This document shows positions 50,361 through 64,000 of a stretch of DNA of 64,000 nucleotides, in pieces. Where the stretch lies: assembly GCF_009914755.1 (NCBI RefSeq), contig NC_060925.1; one strand, 5' to 3'. Under the pieces are notes generated by a model. That model saw only the letters and a list, made by a program, of their open reading frames with translations, was not told the origin of the DNA and did not search any database. Position 1 is the stretch's first letter. Each line of letters begins with the position of its first letter. The position numbers and the translations under genes were made by a program. This stretch comes from the human T2T-CHM13v2.0 reference genome, Homo sapiens.

Positions 50361-50725
50361 CAGTTTCCTCTTACATTAAATGATGGGATTGGATTTCTGT
50401 TGGCAAACCAGTAGCCCATGGGCCAGATTCAGCTTAGCAGTGATGTTTGGGTTTCCCTGTGCATCAAACAAATCATATGTATCTAGAAAATGTGACTCCT
50501 GTACTTTCCAAATTTCTTCCAATTGCCCTCATGAGCCTCACATGGGATAGTGGTGGAAAAACGAATCTTGTCAGGTAATCATATCTCCATCTTCTCTGGT
50601 ACAAGAATCTCTTAGAGACCTTGGTTCTTCTCTGGAAATGCTCCTGGTTAGGGGTGAAGAAGTGGGGCTTACATGCCATTGCGGCCTTAGGGCTATGCTG
50701 TTTTCTCTAGATCTGCTATAGAATC

Positions 50726-51156
50726 TGTTAAAGTGAACTAAATATGGCCTGAGAAGGACTCCGTACTTCTCTATTTGAGTCCTTGTGGACGAACTGCAAC
50801 CTAGCTTAATAGGTAGAGAAGACTGAAAACCTAACTTAGGAGTATGCGCCTGTAACAATAGCTGAGTCTTGGCCAGTCCCAGTGGCTATACTTCAGCCAC
50901 TCATAAACTGTTGAGTGTTCAAACTGTGCTCAAATAAGGAAACGCTGAGCCGTAACCAATCCAGCCATTCTGTACCTCACTTACGATTTCTATATATCAT
51001 TTCCCTTTTTTTTGTCTATAAATCTTCTTCTACCATGTGGCTGTGCTGGAGTCTCTGTGAATCTGTTGTGATTCTGCAGGCTGCCCAATTCACAAATTGT
51101 TCATTGCTCAATTAAACTCCTTTAAATTTAATTTGGCTGATGTTTTTCTTTTATCA
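50726..51156 (+). mobile_element. MER57-type ERV1 solo LTR
   Basis: tgttaaagtgaactaaatatggcctgag...ttttatca; CCAAT, TATAAA and ATTAAA boxes; 4-bp TSD AATC. Confidence 0.85.
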
Positions 51157-51745
51157 AATCACAGGGCTGGTTGAGGCCTTAAGCTCTGTACAGTGTCTGC
51201 TAAGATGCAGCAGATCTCTCTGGGTCCTTGGAATAGTGTGCTTCTTCCATAGCTGAAATCTTTGGTCCTAGACATAGTCCCTGTACTCTGCAACCACTGA
51301 TACCATGTTGCTTCCAGTGACCTGGGCTCGGCACCTCTGCATTCCCTCCCTGGGATATCCTAATGTCTCCCTGAACAGGCACTAGGGAAACAGAAATATC
51401 ACTCAGACCTATTAATCCAGACATGTCTATACACACATATATTATGCTCTCCTAAGGAACAAGGTGCCAAGCCAAATGCAGAACATTCTCTAGAGCCTTG
51501 TAGTTACTCTTCCAAGCAATGCCTAGAGAAGTAGTCTCCAGCTTTCTGTGTTGTTAGGTCCCCTAATACCTGTATGGATATCTCCATTATTAGTTTCTCT
51601 ACCCCTTGTCAAGATATGGCTATGTGGCAGGAGGTAGAATGAGAGATTAGTAAGAATCCTGCCATCACATTTCCTCATCTACTTCTTCCTCACTGGAAGC
51701 AAATTCCTCTATATCGAATTCTTTCTCCATTAAGACTCACACCTC

Positions 51746-52053
<308 letters not shown>

Positions 52054-55000
52054 TTACACCTTAGTGACAGAACAGTAAGAGAAACCTTTAAACCAAAGAG
52101 ACAACAAAGTTAGATTTTTAAAGATTATACCACTGTACTGTATTTAAAGCAATTTTTAATTTGTTGCCAATATTTTTTTAAACTCACAAGATTCTATATA
52201 TGCATGTAGATTTTTATCTTCTCTTTAAAATTAGAGGCTCTTGGCAACATTGAATTCACATTCTTTCACGGAACAATAATGGGCATGAGCCAAGTAGTCT
52301 TCTTTCCTTGAACGTGCATGCATTGTCTGGTTCTTCACAGTCTCAATCACTCCCCTTTGTCTTGGACCTTGAATGCATCTGGTTCGCACATTTATGGTTT
52401 CTTTCTACCCCCTTAGGCATTCACAATTCTATAATAAGATCAATTCCCCTTATATATTTCTGAGACTCTATGATCAATTCCCCCTTCCCACCTCCCCATT
52501 CATCCAGCACCACACAAAGCCCAGCCAGGGAATGCAACATATTACATCTTGATATAAATATGATTACTACATGAACATATAATAAGTTATGGATAAATGT
52601 ATAATCTGGTCAAGTATATATGCCAAACACTTATTTTAAAATGAGAAGAAAGATTTTTTCAACCATTCACTTGACTTCCATTCTTTGAACCAGCTGTGGA
52701 GCCTTGAGCAAGTTACTTGGGCCAACTGGGCTCCTATTTTTTCAACTGTGGGATGAAGAGGGTACAACTAATTCCAGGGCTCTGTAATTACATGTGTTCA
52801 GTCCAATAACCATACGTTCTCACATCAGGAGGGTTGATCCAAGGAATGTAAGACAGGCCCTCACATTTGGGAGTTTATGATCTAGTGGGGGAAAAAAAGC
52901 AAAAGCATAGAAAATGGAAAGCATCACAAAGCAAAGGGAGCTCTGGGGCCTCTATGCTCAGAATAGTGGGATCTTACAGTCAGAAGGTGACTAAGAGAAA
53001 CTTTTCTCTCCTCACCAACATCTTCAGCTAACTACCTCCTCTTCTTCCCTTGAAATAAAATTCAGCTCACCTCTCCCTCTCCTGAAGCCCAAGGCTGGGT
53101 GAATTGATGCCCTCCACATGTGTCCCCACAGCTCTGCAATGTCTTTGTTTATTGGTCTGTCTCCTCCACTGTTCTGGACTCTGAGGGCAGGAAATGTAAT
53201 ACACATTTGTCTTTTCTCTTTTCTTTTCTTTTCTTTTTCCTTTTCTTTCTCTTCTCTCTCTCTCTCTCTATTTTTTTTCTATAACAACACTCACTTCATG
53301 GCGAACCATGCTGGCACCTCATTCCATGTGGGTGGTTGATAAAGATTTTCGTCATACACATTCTTCCTCTGGTAGGCAAGTAAAATCAGGTCAGATTCTT
53401 TCTTCAGGAGATTTTAAACTTAAGGGAATTAACAGAATATCAAAAGAGTTTGAAACTGAATCATTCTTCCAGCAGAGTGCATTTTTTCCTACTTCCATTA
53501 TCCATTGACCTGTTCCTGTTCCTCTCTTCCCTTGGATGTTCAGTCCTTCCTTGACTTTGCAAACTCCTCAATACTTTACTTAAAAAAAAAAAAAAAAGTA
53601 AAAGAAAGAAAGATGGCTGGGGCCATTTCTGTAAAAATCAAGGATTTTATCTCATTCTGGGATCAAATCTTTTTCAACTTTGCTATCAATTACAAAGTCT
53701 GGCATGTGGTAAATTCTGGGGACAAAATACTAAATGTTTATTCAGTGAATAAATTCCTCATCAATGCTAACTTTCATTCTGTAGCATTCCTGACAGATAA
53801 CCATCTCTCCTCTTTATGCTAGAATGCCATCAACTTCAGAGGGCTCAGCATCTCACTAGGCAGCTCAGGCTATTTGGAAAATTTTCCCAAATGAATTCTA
53901 TCACATATCCCCAGTTGTTTGAAAGTTCTTCCTAAATGAGTAAAAATCTTGCTCACATTAACTTTCCCCCTACTATTCCTTGTTCTTTGCTGGGACCATG
54001 AGAATTCTTCCATCAGATAATGTCAGAGTCAAGGCTAGCAACATCTACAGGGTTTCACGGCTTGCTAAGAGGTCTCTAAGGGATAATAATATCCCACATT
54101 TGAAAGGCAAATAACACCTAGAGGGTTTTCAAAGCTCTTTCCCAACCATTAGGTAATTTATTCTCACAAAAACTCTGAGACACAGATTGCTGTGGGATTA
54201 CTAGTCTCCATTTTACCTATCAGGAGACTCTATCCCAGAAAGATTGTATAATGTTATTTTCCAGGTCACACAGTTAATAAAGGGCAGAGTTAAGACTCAA
54301 TGCCTGATCTTTATGGCTTAATTCTCTCACCCCCTCAATTGTACCATGGGTCCCTTACCACAAGGTTATAATAGTCATCTCCATGATGAAGATATGATTT
54401 TAAAGGGATTTACTGCTCCAGCCACTCTGCTGCAGGTCAGCTTAAATACTTGCTTGACCTCCTCAATTATCTAAGAGAGGTATGATTATTTCTGTTTCAC
54501 AATTGAAGACACTGAGGCTCAGAGCAGTGAAGAGACTTGCCCAAGGCCACTAGGTAATAAATGTCAAAACTGACATTGAACCCAGGTAAAAAAGACAGAC
54601 ATCAGTCATACTAGGAGTTGGCTCATGCTGTGTGAGCAGCCTAGCCCTGTACCACAGAAGCCACCATTAAGTCCCATTTTGATCTTTCTCTCATGTGAGT
54701 TTTTGGACCTACACTTTCAGCAAGGACAATAGCCATTTCCTTACCCACTATCCCTGAAACTCCTGAGGCCACTTTGTTGCTCTCCTCTCTCAAATTCTAA
54801 AGTCTTTCTCTGTCCCTCTCCCCACATAATTACATTAACCATTCACAAAGTTTGGGTGAGATCTTTGGTTGCTGAATGACTTATGGGGAAAGAAGGAAGA
54901 CTGGCTACACACACAAGAAACATTCAGGTCATTTTTATTTCTCCATCCATGGGCAGCATCAGCCTAACCTGGAATGTGCATCCCACAGCTGCATTAAGAC

Positions 55001-55555
55001 CAATAGGAAACATCTGTATTCTGTTACAGTTTCTCCCTTAGACAGCACCCCCCTACCACCACCAAAGGCATGGTGTTTTCTTAAAGTTCATCTGCAAGGT
55101 TCTGTTCTCAGCACTGATAACACTGTAAAATAATGGTAAAGTTAATTATTGGCAAATTAAAATGGAAGTGCTATCTAAATTCTTAGGACATCCACATTAC
55201 TATAAAATGAGTTTATTGTGATCAAAACGATTAATGACATTTCAGTAAATACCAGAGAATTAAAATCCTGAATACCAAGAAGGTTAAAGTCTTATCATCA
55301 TTAGAGTACATCAAAGAAAAAAGTGAGTCCTCTCCTTATCTGCTTACATTAGGGAAAAAGACACAGAGCAAATAAAGAAAATCATTTGAATCTTGGCAAA
55401 TATTGAAATCTAGAGGCTCATTTTCTTATTTATGTAGCATTTAGAAGCAATACATATTGTACTGGAGGAAAAACAATAGCTCATGTGTAATTTAAACAAA
55501 ATAGACAGACCAAAAGAACAGAATTGAAAGGCCAAAAATAGACCCACGCATATCA

Positions 55556-56019
<464 letters not shown>

Positions 56020-56248
56020 CCATATGTTTATCATTTCAAAAAGAGAAACCAGAAAAGGAGAAATTAATAAACTCAGTAATATTTAATTTAAACCAAATGA
56101 AAACATAAGTAATAACCTGGAGAAAATATCAACTATACTTTGGAAAGATAAAGGATAATATCTTTGATTTTTTTATATGTAAATGATATATTTGATATAT
56201 AAAGAGCTTCTACCAATAAAGAAAAAGACAAGCTCTCTGATATAAAGA

Positions 56249-56550
56249 GGCTGGGCACAGTGGCTCACCCCTGTAATTTCAGCACTTTGGGAGGCCAAGA
56301 TGAGCAGATAACTTGAGGCCAGGAGTTTGAGAACAGTCTGGCCAACATGGAGAAACACCATCTCTACTAAAAATACAGAAATTAGCCAGGTGTGGTGGTG
56401 CATGCCTGTAGTCCCAGCTACTCAGGAGGCTGAGGCAAGAGTATCACTTGAATCCAGGAGGGGGAGGTTGCAATGAGCCGAAATCATGACACTGCACACC
56501 AGCCTCAGCAACAGAGTGAGACTCTGTCTCAAGAAGAAAAAAAAGCAAAA
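56249..56550 (+). mobile_element. Old Alu (Sz/Jb)
   Basis: Full diverged Alu within old L1M fragments. Confidence 0.9.
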
Positions 56551-56780
56551 GACTTAGAAAAGAAATAAAAGTAGCCAATGCAACTACGAAAATATTTCCC
56601 CTTCAATAGGGGGAAAATAATGTAAGCTAACATAACAATACACTTTTTATTTTGGTGAAAATTTTAAAAACCTTATAGTAAGCAGTATAGGAGATAAATA
56701 GACCCTCTTAGACCCTCCTGAAAGAGCACAAATTGGCCCAAAATTTATGAAAGGCAATTTGGGCCAAAAAATAAATTATA

Positions 56781-57509
<729 letters not shown>

Positions 57510-57549
<40 letters not shown>
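57510..57549. repeat. (CA)n microsatellite
   Basis: About 20 CA units. Confidence 0.97.
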
Positions 57550-57551
<2 letters not shown>

Positions 57552-58284
57552 CACTCACATATTCTTACCCTATGACCAACAATTTCACTTCTAGAATATG
57601 ATTCAGAAAAGCAAACAGACCACAAAGGCAAAAATCTGATCCTAAAGTATACATACATCTCATCCTAGATTCTGTTTTCTAACCTGAATTTTCCATTTAT
57701 GCAAAATTGGTTAATTCAGTACTGAATCAAATTCTTTAGAGATGAGAGCCAAGAATTTATTTTTTTAAATTTAACTTCTGATACATAGCCAGGTGACGGT
57801 GAAATTGCTTTGTAAATGACTGTAAAATAGGTAAGATTCTGTTGTCTGAACCTGCCATGAAAATGCCAGCGTCCCTTGAATGCAGCGACTCTCAGGGAAG
57901 GGCCGCACTGCCTAGTACGCATTCCTGAGCTGTGAAGTCAGACAGATGTGGCTGGAATTCACTCCATTCCTTATTGGCTGTGTGACCTTGGGCAAACCCT
58001 CTACCCTCTCTGATGCTCAGTCTCCATTATCTGAATAATGAGGAAAACAATACCTTTTTGCAGAGTGGTATAATAAGATTTAGAGATAAATTAAGAACAG
58101 GACCTGGTGACTGGCCCATGTGAAATGTTCAGAAAATCAATATTATCTCCTTATGATATCACCACAAATGTTCAGGAAGGAATGGACCAGCCAAAATTCA
58201 TAAAGGCAGCACTAAGGTGTGGTAATACCCAAATCAATGTCATTTTAGGGAAGTTGACATTCTGACTGGGGTCAGTGTATCCTA

Positions 58285-58510
58285 GAGCAATGGTACAGGG
58301 TTCTGAGGCAAATGGATCTCGGTTCAAATCCTGAAACTGCCAACTAAGTGGATAAATCTAGGCAAGTAGCTTGACTTTGTCAGCCTCAGTTTCTTCATCT
58401 GTAAAATGGGGTTGATAATATCTACTTCACAGCATCACTATTAGGCATAAATAAAATAACCCAAGTATGATGCTTTTTACAGTGTCTGCATGTATACTTC
58501 TCAGTAAGCA
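58285..58510 (+). mobile_element. MIR SINE
   Basis: agcctcagtttcttcatctgtaaaatggg core. Confidence 0.75.
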
Positions 58511-58911
58511 GAATTTATTATTTTTTGCCACTACCAGTGCACATCTGCCTCAGACAGGTGTGCAAATGTCTGCAGTGTCAGAGGCTCTGGGGAAACCGTC
58601 TAGAGCAAAACCTCCAATGAGTAGGTGTAGCGGAGTCTTTCATTCTTTAGAGAATCCTGGGAAGGAAGAAAACTAATAAGTTATTTCATCTAATACCTTC
58701 TTGCGCAAGGATCCTTAGCTACAAATACACTCTGTGATGTTTTTCTCAGATAAGTTACAAATAAGCCCCAACTTGCCTTGAAAGGATTTCTGCAATCTAA
58801 TAGGATGAGGTGTTAGTCTTGATACTGTGAAATCCCTTTAGCAGAAAGCCTGGGGCTAGCAGTGGGGCCAGGCTCTTCCTGAGTGTTGGCACTTAAGGAG
58901 GCAGATAAGGG

Positions 58912-59202
58912 AAGATTTCCAAATAGGAACATCTGGAAATGGAAAAGAAGGACTCTGAGGAGAAAGAGCACTCATTTTTCAAGGCTGCCTTAGGCTATGT
59001 CTTCTGGGAAGCCATCTCTGGGCAAAAGAATCATGGATTTGAGATGTGACACACAGGATTTTAACAAATGAAGCCACCAGGTCTGTTTGTGGAGCACCCT
59101 GGGTTTACTTCTCTCCTCAAGGACTTTAGAACCGGATTGAGAGCCCAGCCAGTCAGGTGACTGTGCAGGGTGCCCCCGTTTGAAAAGCAGCAAGGCCTCA
59201 TA
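58912..59202 (+). repeat. Copy 1 of a ~285-bp local direct duplication
   Basis: Aligns to 60990-61269 with 15 substitutions and 2 indels (manual count). Confidence 0.95.
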
Positions 59203-59392
59203 GAAAAAAAAAATGGAAATATTATTCCAATTAACACAGATGCCACGTGGGATTCTTGATATGACTGATGAAATTTAAATTGGTTGCCACATTAGTGAGG
59301 AGTCTTCAGGTCATAGACAATAGAAAACCAAGTCAAACTAGATTTTTTTTTTTTAACAGTGGTAAAATACACAGAACATAAAATTTTCTGTC

Positions 59393-59778
59393 TGTAGTAG
59401 ACAGCTTGGGCTGCCAGAACAAAATATTACTTTTAATGGCAAAAACCACAATTACATTTACACCAATATAATACAGGCTTGTTGGCTAAAACAACACAGA
59501 TGTACTTTCTCACAGTTGCAGAAGCTGCAAGTCTAAGATGACGGTGTTAGCAGTGTTAGTGTCTGGTGAGGGCTCTCTTCCTGGCTTGTAGGTGGCCACC
59601 TTCTCGCTGTGTCCTCACTCCGTCTTTCCTCTCTGTGTGCATGGAGAGAGCTCTGGTACTCTTCTGACCTCATTTAACCTTATTTGCCTCCTACAGGGCC
59701 CTGTCTCTATATGTAGTCACACTGAGGGTTGGGGCTTCAATACATGAATGTTGGAGAGACACAGTTCAGTCCATAACA
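59393..59778 (-). mobile_element. MLT1A0-type LTR nested in L1MB
   Basis: tgtag...ttcagtccataaca; TSD ctgtc/cggtc. Confidence 0.8.
59426..59471. mobile_element. Half MADE1 (Hsmar1-derived MITE)
   Basis: attacttttaatggcaaaaaccacaattac...caccaa matches one arm of MADE1. Confidence 0.75.
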
Positions 59779-60989
59779 CGGTCTTAACCATGTGTAAGTG
59801 CACAGTTCAGTGGCATTAGGTACGTTCACATTGTTGTGCAACCATCACTACTCTCCATCCACAGCACTCTTCTTATCTTGCAAAACTGAAACTCTGTACC
59901 CATGGAAAATAATGTACCATTCCTCCTTCTCCCCAGCCCCTGACAGCCTCCAAACCACCATTCTACTTTCAGGATCTGTGGATTTGACTTCCCTAGGTAC
60001 TTCATATAAGTGGAATTATGCACTGTTTGCCCTTTTGTGGCTGACTTATTTCACTTGGCATAATGTCAAGGTTCATCCATGTTATAGAAAGTGTCCGAAT
60101 TTTTTTGTTTTTCACAGCTGAATAATATTCTACTGTACATGTAGACCACATTTTCTTTATCCATGCATCCATCAATGAACACTTGGGTTCTTCCACCTTT
60201 TGGTACTGTGAATAATGTTGCTGTGACCATGGGTGCACAAATCAAACTAGTTTTTAAAAACCATACATGGAAGTTTATGATTGTGATTATGGCAATGGCT
60301 TCTTGATAAGTGTACACAAATGTTAAAATTTATCAAATAGTATACTTTACATATATGCAGACAATAGTATGTCAATTATTCTTCAAGATAGCTATAAAAG
60401 ACACACAGAAAAAGGAGGATTATTTTTTGGCACACAGGGAACTTCAGGACAGCAGTGCCTGTCATGAAGGCCCAAATGACATCATCAGGATTTTAAAAAA
60501 AGGGTTCCATCAGTGGACACTCTGCTTTACTTTACTTCTGTAAGGTCAGCTTTTGCTAAATAGCGACACATATGTGGCACAACTCTTGGCTAACCTCGTC
60601 TTTACAACTAGGAATCTTAGAGGGGAGAGAATGCCATATTCCCAAAAGTTCTAGCAGAAGTCTGAGCAAATGCTCTAATTGGTCAAACTCTGAGCCAATC
60701 ATTATGGTTACGGAGAAAGCTGTCCTCTAACTGGCCAAGCCTGGGTTGTATGCCTTGCCTATGATGGATAGGAAGGATGAATACCATGAACTACTCAGAA
60801 TAGGTTCCCCTCAAGAAAGAGGGATTCTGTTATCAGAAGATGAAAGGCAGGCAAAACTGAAGATGAATATTACTGTCCTACTCCTCTGAAAGAGACTGAC
60901 TTCCCCTTACATGGAAATAAAAGTACACAACTTGCTAATGACCACTTGCCCCATAGGGTATTCTTGTGCTCTACATATGAAAGCTATGA

Positions 60990-61269
60990 AAGATTTCCAA
61001 ATAGGAACATCTGGAAATGGAAAAGAAGGACTCTGAGGAGAAAGCACACTCATTTTTCAAGGCTGCCTTAGGCTATGTCTTCGTCTTTGGGCAAAAGAAT
61101 CACGGATTTGAGACGTGACACGCAGGATTTTAACAAATGAAGCCACCAGGTCTGTTTCTGGAGCACCCTGGGTTTACTTCTCTCCTCAAGGACTTTAGAA
61201 CTGGATTGAGACCACAGCCAGTAGGGTGACTGTCCAGGGTGCCCCCATTTGAAAAGCAGCAAGGTCATA
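60990..61269 (+). repeat. Copy 2 of a ~285-bp local direct duplication
   Basis: Aligns to 58912-59202. Confidence 0.95.
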
Positions 61270-61416
61270 AATCTCTTCATCACCCTCCATGGACCATGAG
61301 ACCAGCCAACTAGGAGTCACCTGAAATCACCAGCCAAATGTCAGCTGAAATTCTGAAACAGAATAATCCTAAGCTCAATGCTATTTACCCAGGAAAAATG
61401 ATTTCTTTTGTTCTAA

Positions 61417-61775
<359 letters not shown>

Positions 61776-61946
61776 GGAAAAATCACAATTCTAACACAAT
61801 TCCAAGTGTTAGAATTACATGTTGAATATAGCTGTTGATTTTTAAAAATCCATTTCTACCCACTTCCATTAAGTAAATACTGAAAAACTGTATTTTGAAT
61901 ATAGTTGTTGTTTTTAAAAAAATCTGTTTCTACCCACTTCCATTAA

Positions 61947-62085
61947 TTATTTTAGATTTTTTAGAATTATTTAGAATAATTATTTAGATTCTAAAATTTT
62001 TTTTAGATTCTAAATTTTTTTTAGATTCTAGATTTTTTTTAGATTCTAAATTTTTTGGAATAATTATTTAGAATAATTATTTTAG
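61947..62085. repeat. AT-rich minisatellite
   Basis: About 4 copies of ttagattctaaatttttt flanked by agaataattattt units. Confidence 0.85.
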
Positions 62086-62370
62086 AAAAGTCATTGTGAA
62101 AGGATATCAGCTTTTTTGGGCCCCCAAATCTCTCAATCTAACCCTGGTCCTGGGGCTATCTCTAGGTTAATTTAGAGCAAAGAAAGGAAAGTGAGCACCT
62201 GCTATGTGGTAAGCAGTAGACGTAGCCTTGTCCACAAAGAATCATGTATACTCTCCTTCTCTGGGAGGCTTAGAGATGTGGGATAATTTGTCCAGGGTCA
62301 CACTTGAAATGAGCAAGTGGCTGTCCTAAGACTCAATTGCAGGTTCCTCTGGCTCCAAATCCATGCCTTG

Positions 62371-62792
62371 TGATATGGTTCAGATCTGTGTTCCCCCCCC
62401 ACCCCCCAAATCCCATATAGAATAATAATCCCAGTGTTGGAGGTGGGGTCTGGTGAGAGGTGATTTGATCCCTGGTGTGGTTTCTCTTGAAACCATCCCC
62501 TCAGTGCTATTCTCATGATAGTGAATGAGTGAGTTATCATGACATCAGGTTGTTTAGAAATGTGTAGCACCTCCCCACCTCTCTTCCTCCTCCTCCGGCC
62601 ATGTAGGATGTGCCTGCTTGCCCTTCCCCTTCCGCCATGATTGTAGGTTTCCTGAGACCTCCCCAGAAGCCAAGCAGATGCTGCTATGCTTCCTGTATAG
62701 CCTGCAGAATTGTGAGCCAATTAAGCCTCTCTTCTTTATAAATTACTCAGTCTCAGACATTTCTTTATAGTGATGTAAGAACAGACTATACA
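62371..62792 (+). mobile_element. MSTA MaLR solo LTR
   Basis: tgatatggtt...cagactataca; perfect TSD CCTTG. Confidence 0.9.
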
Positions 62793-64000
62793 CCTTGGTT
62801 TTATTTGTTGTTTTTTTCTATGCAAGCCCTCCACTTTCACTGTCCTTTAACAGGTTCTTGTTCTGCCTTTGTTAGGCTGATTCTCTAGGTATCACTGGGA
62901 GGCATAGACCCTCTCCTTGCAGAACTCCAAGGGACACCATTCGAACATTCTTCTGAAAGTCCCCTGTTGAGCTGTGGTGGAGCTCTGCCATGTGTAGTTA
63001 TTGTTAGGAGGTTTGGCATTGATTCCAAATTCCTAAACATGGCCTGGCTAACTGCTACTCACCTTCAGGTGTTATTAATTGTCACTTCCCTGGGGAAGAT
63101 TTCTCTGTATCCCTGATGGGGGATTAAGTCACCATTTTGTTTACTCCGAGCACCTGAACATAAGATTGTCTTCCCCAGCACTTAGCACAATTAATAATTA
63201 ATTACTCATATTATTATGTGTTTAATGGCTGTCTCTATTTATGCATCCATTTATGGATTTTTTTTTTTTAAAGAGCCGATTACATGCCTGCCAGGTGCTT
63301 ACTGTCTGAAGCCCTGGGGCTAGAGCAGTGTAGGAGTAGGAGTCCTGGGTGGACTGGGATGTGGTCTGTCTTCCTCCCCATGTATCCTCCAGCCCAGCCA
63401 GTGCCTCACCTAGAGCAAGAATTGAAAGAAGGAAGAAAAAAATGAAGAAAGGATACAACAATATTATTATGTTTCAGCCATATTCCATCCCCTTCCTTTG
63501 TGGGCTCTTAAAAGGCTGAATCTACTCCTATTTATCTCTGAATCTCCAGCACCAAACACAGCGCGTGGATAGAATAGGAGCTCAAAAAATACATACACTA
63601 TTTAATGAATCAATGAATGATTCAACCAATCAATTTAATTTGGCATATGCCTTCCTTGTAGGTGTGCCCATTAATTACTAATTACCAATGTTTACATTCC
63701 AGTGCCTAACCATTTTTTTGCTGGCTTCTATGAACTCTCTGGGATGAGAGAATTGGTTTCTCAAATGACTTCCTGCATAAATTAGCCCATCTGAAAGTGA
63801 GTGTTTATCCCAGGCCCTTTGAAATTCACATCATTCGCACCAACACCCCCGCTCAGCTCAGACAGTTCTTTAATTCCAGTCACCTGGGATTTCTTCCTAC
63901 CTTTGTTGCCAGCCTCAGCCTAACGCCACTTATCTTATCCACCTGGATTTACATATCAGAAAGGCCTAATCAAAGCCTGCCTGATTGTCACATCCACCCT

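Larger units (their letters stand above)
59342..60241 (-). mobile_element. L1MB-type 3' end
   Basis: Poly-T, gtgcacagttcagtggcattaggtacgttcacattgttgtgcaacc; TSD tcaaactag at 59333-41 and 60242-50. Confidence 0.85.
59288..60875 (-). mobile_element. Old MLT1J/K-type LTR, split by L1 insertions
   Basis: attagtgagg...agaaaaccaagtcaaactag end, and taattggtcaa...agccaatca...ctggccaagcctgggt body; boundaries approximate. Confidence 0.5.

Noticed and set aside
58990-61283. Paralogous short ORFs (67 and 71 aa) as a gene pair, or the two copies as LTRs of a new element
   Set aside because: The ORFs simply reflect the duplication; there are no TG..CA termini, PBS, PPT or TSD

Overview
Primate (hominoid, most likely human) genomic DNA, rich in repeats and apparently intergenic or intronic. 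I cannot support any host protein-coding exon or RNA gene; nearly all ORFs in the track come from Alu, L1, ERV or microsatellite sequence. The main structure is a four-level nest at about 22.9-38.1 kb: a minus-strand L1PB fragment is split by a near-complete HERV-L provirus (MLT2A1 LTRs, PBS, gag-pro-pol-dUTPase, no env, TSD CCCAC). The provirus is split by an AluS and by a full-length L1PA4/5 (15-bp TSD; ORF1 and ORF2 dead; antisense ORF0 still open; 129-bp ZNF93 segment retained). The L1PA4/5 in turn carries a young AluYe-type insertion. A second probable four-level nest (MLT1J/K > L1MB > MLT1A0 > half MADE1) lies between two ~95%-identical copies of a ~285-bp non-TE segment at 58.9 and 61.0 kb. 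The remainder is Alus, MaLR/ERV solo LTRs, MIR/L2/DNA-transposon fossils and microsatellites. I found no convincing new biological system. The best leads are the open ORF0 with its antisense read-out into HERV-L, the DUX4-type motifs in both LTRs, the templated scar at the 3' LTR end and the local 285-bp duplication. Subfamily names come from recalled consensus sequences and should be confirmed with Dfam/RepeatMasker.
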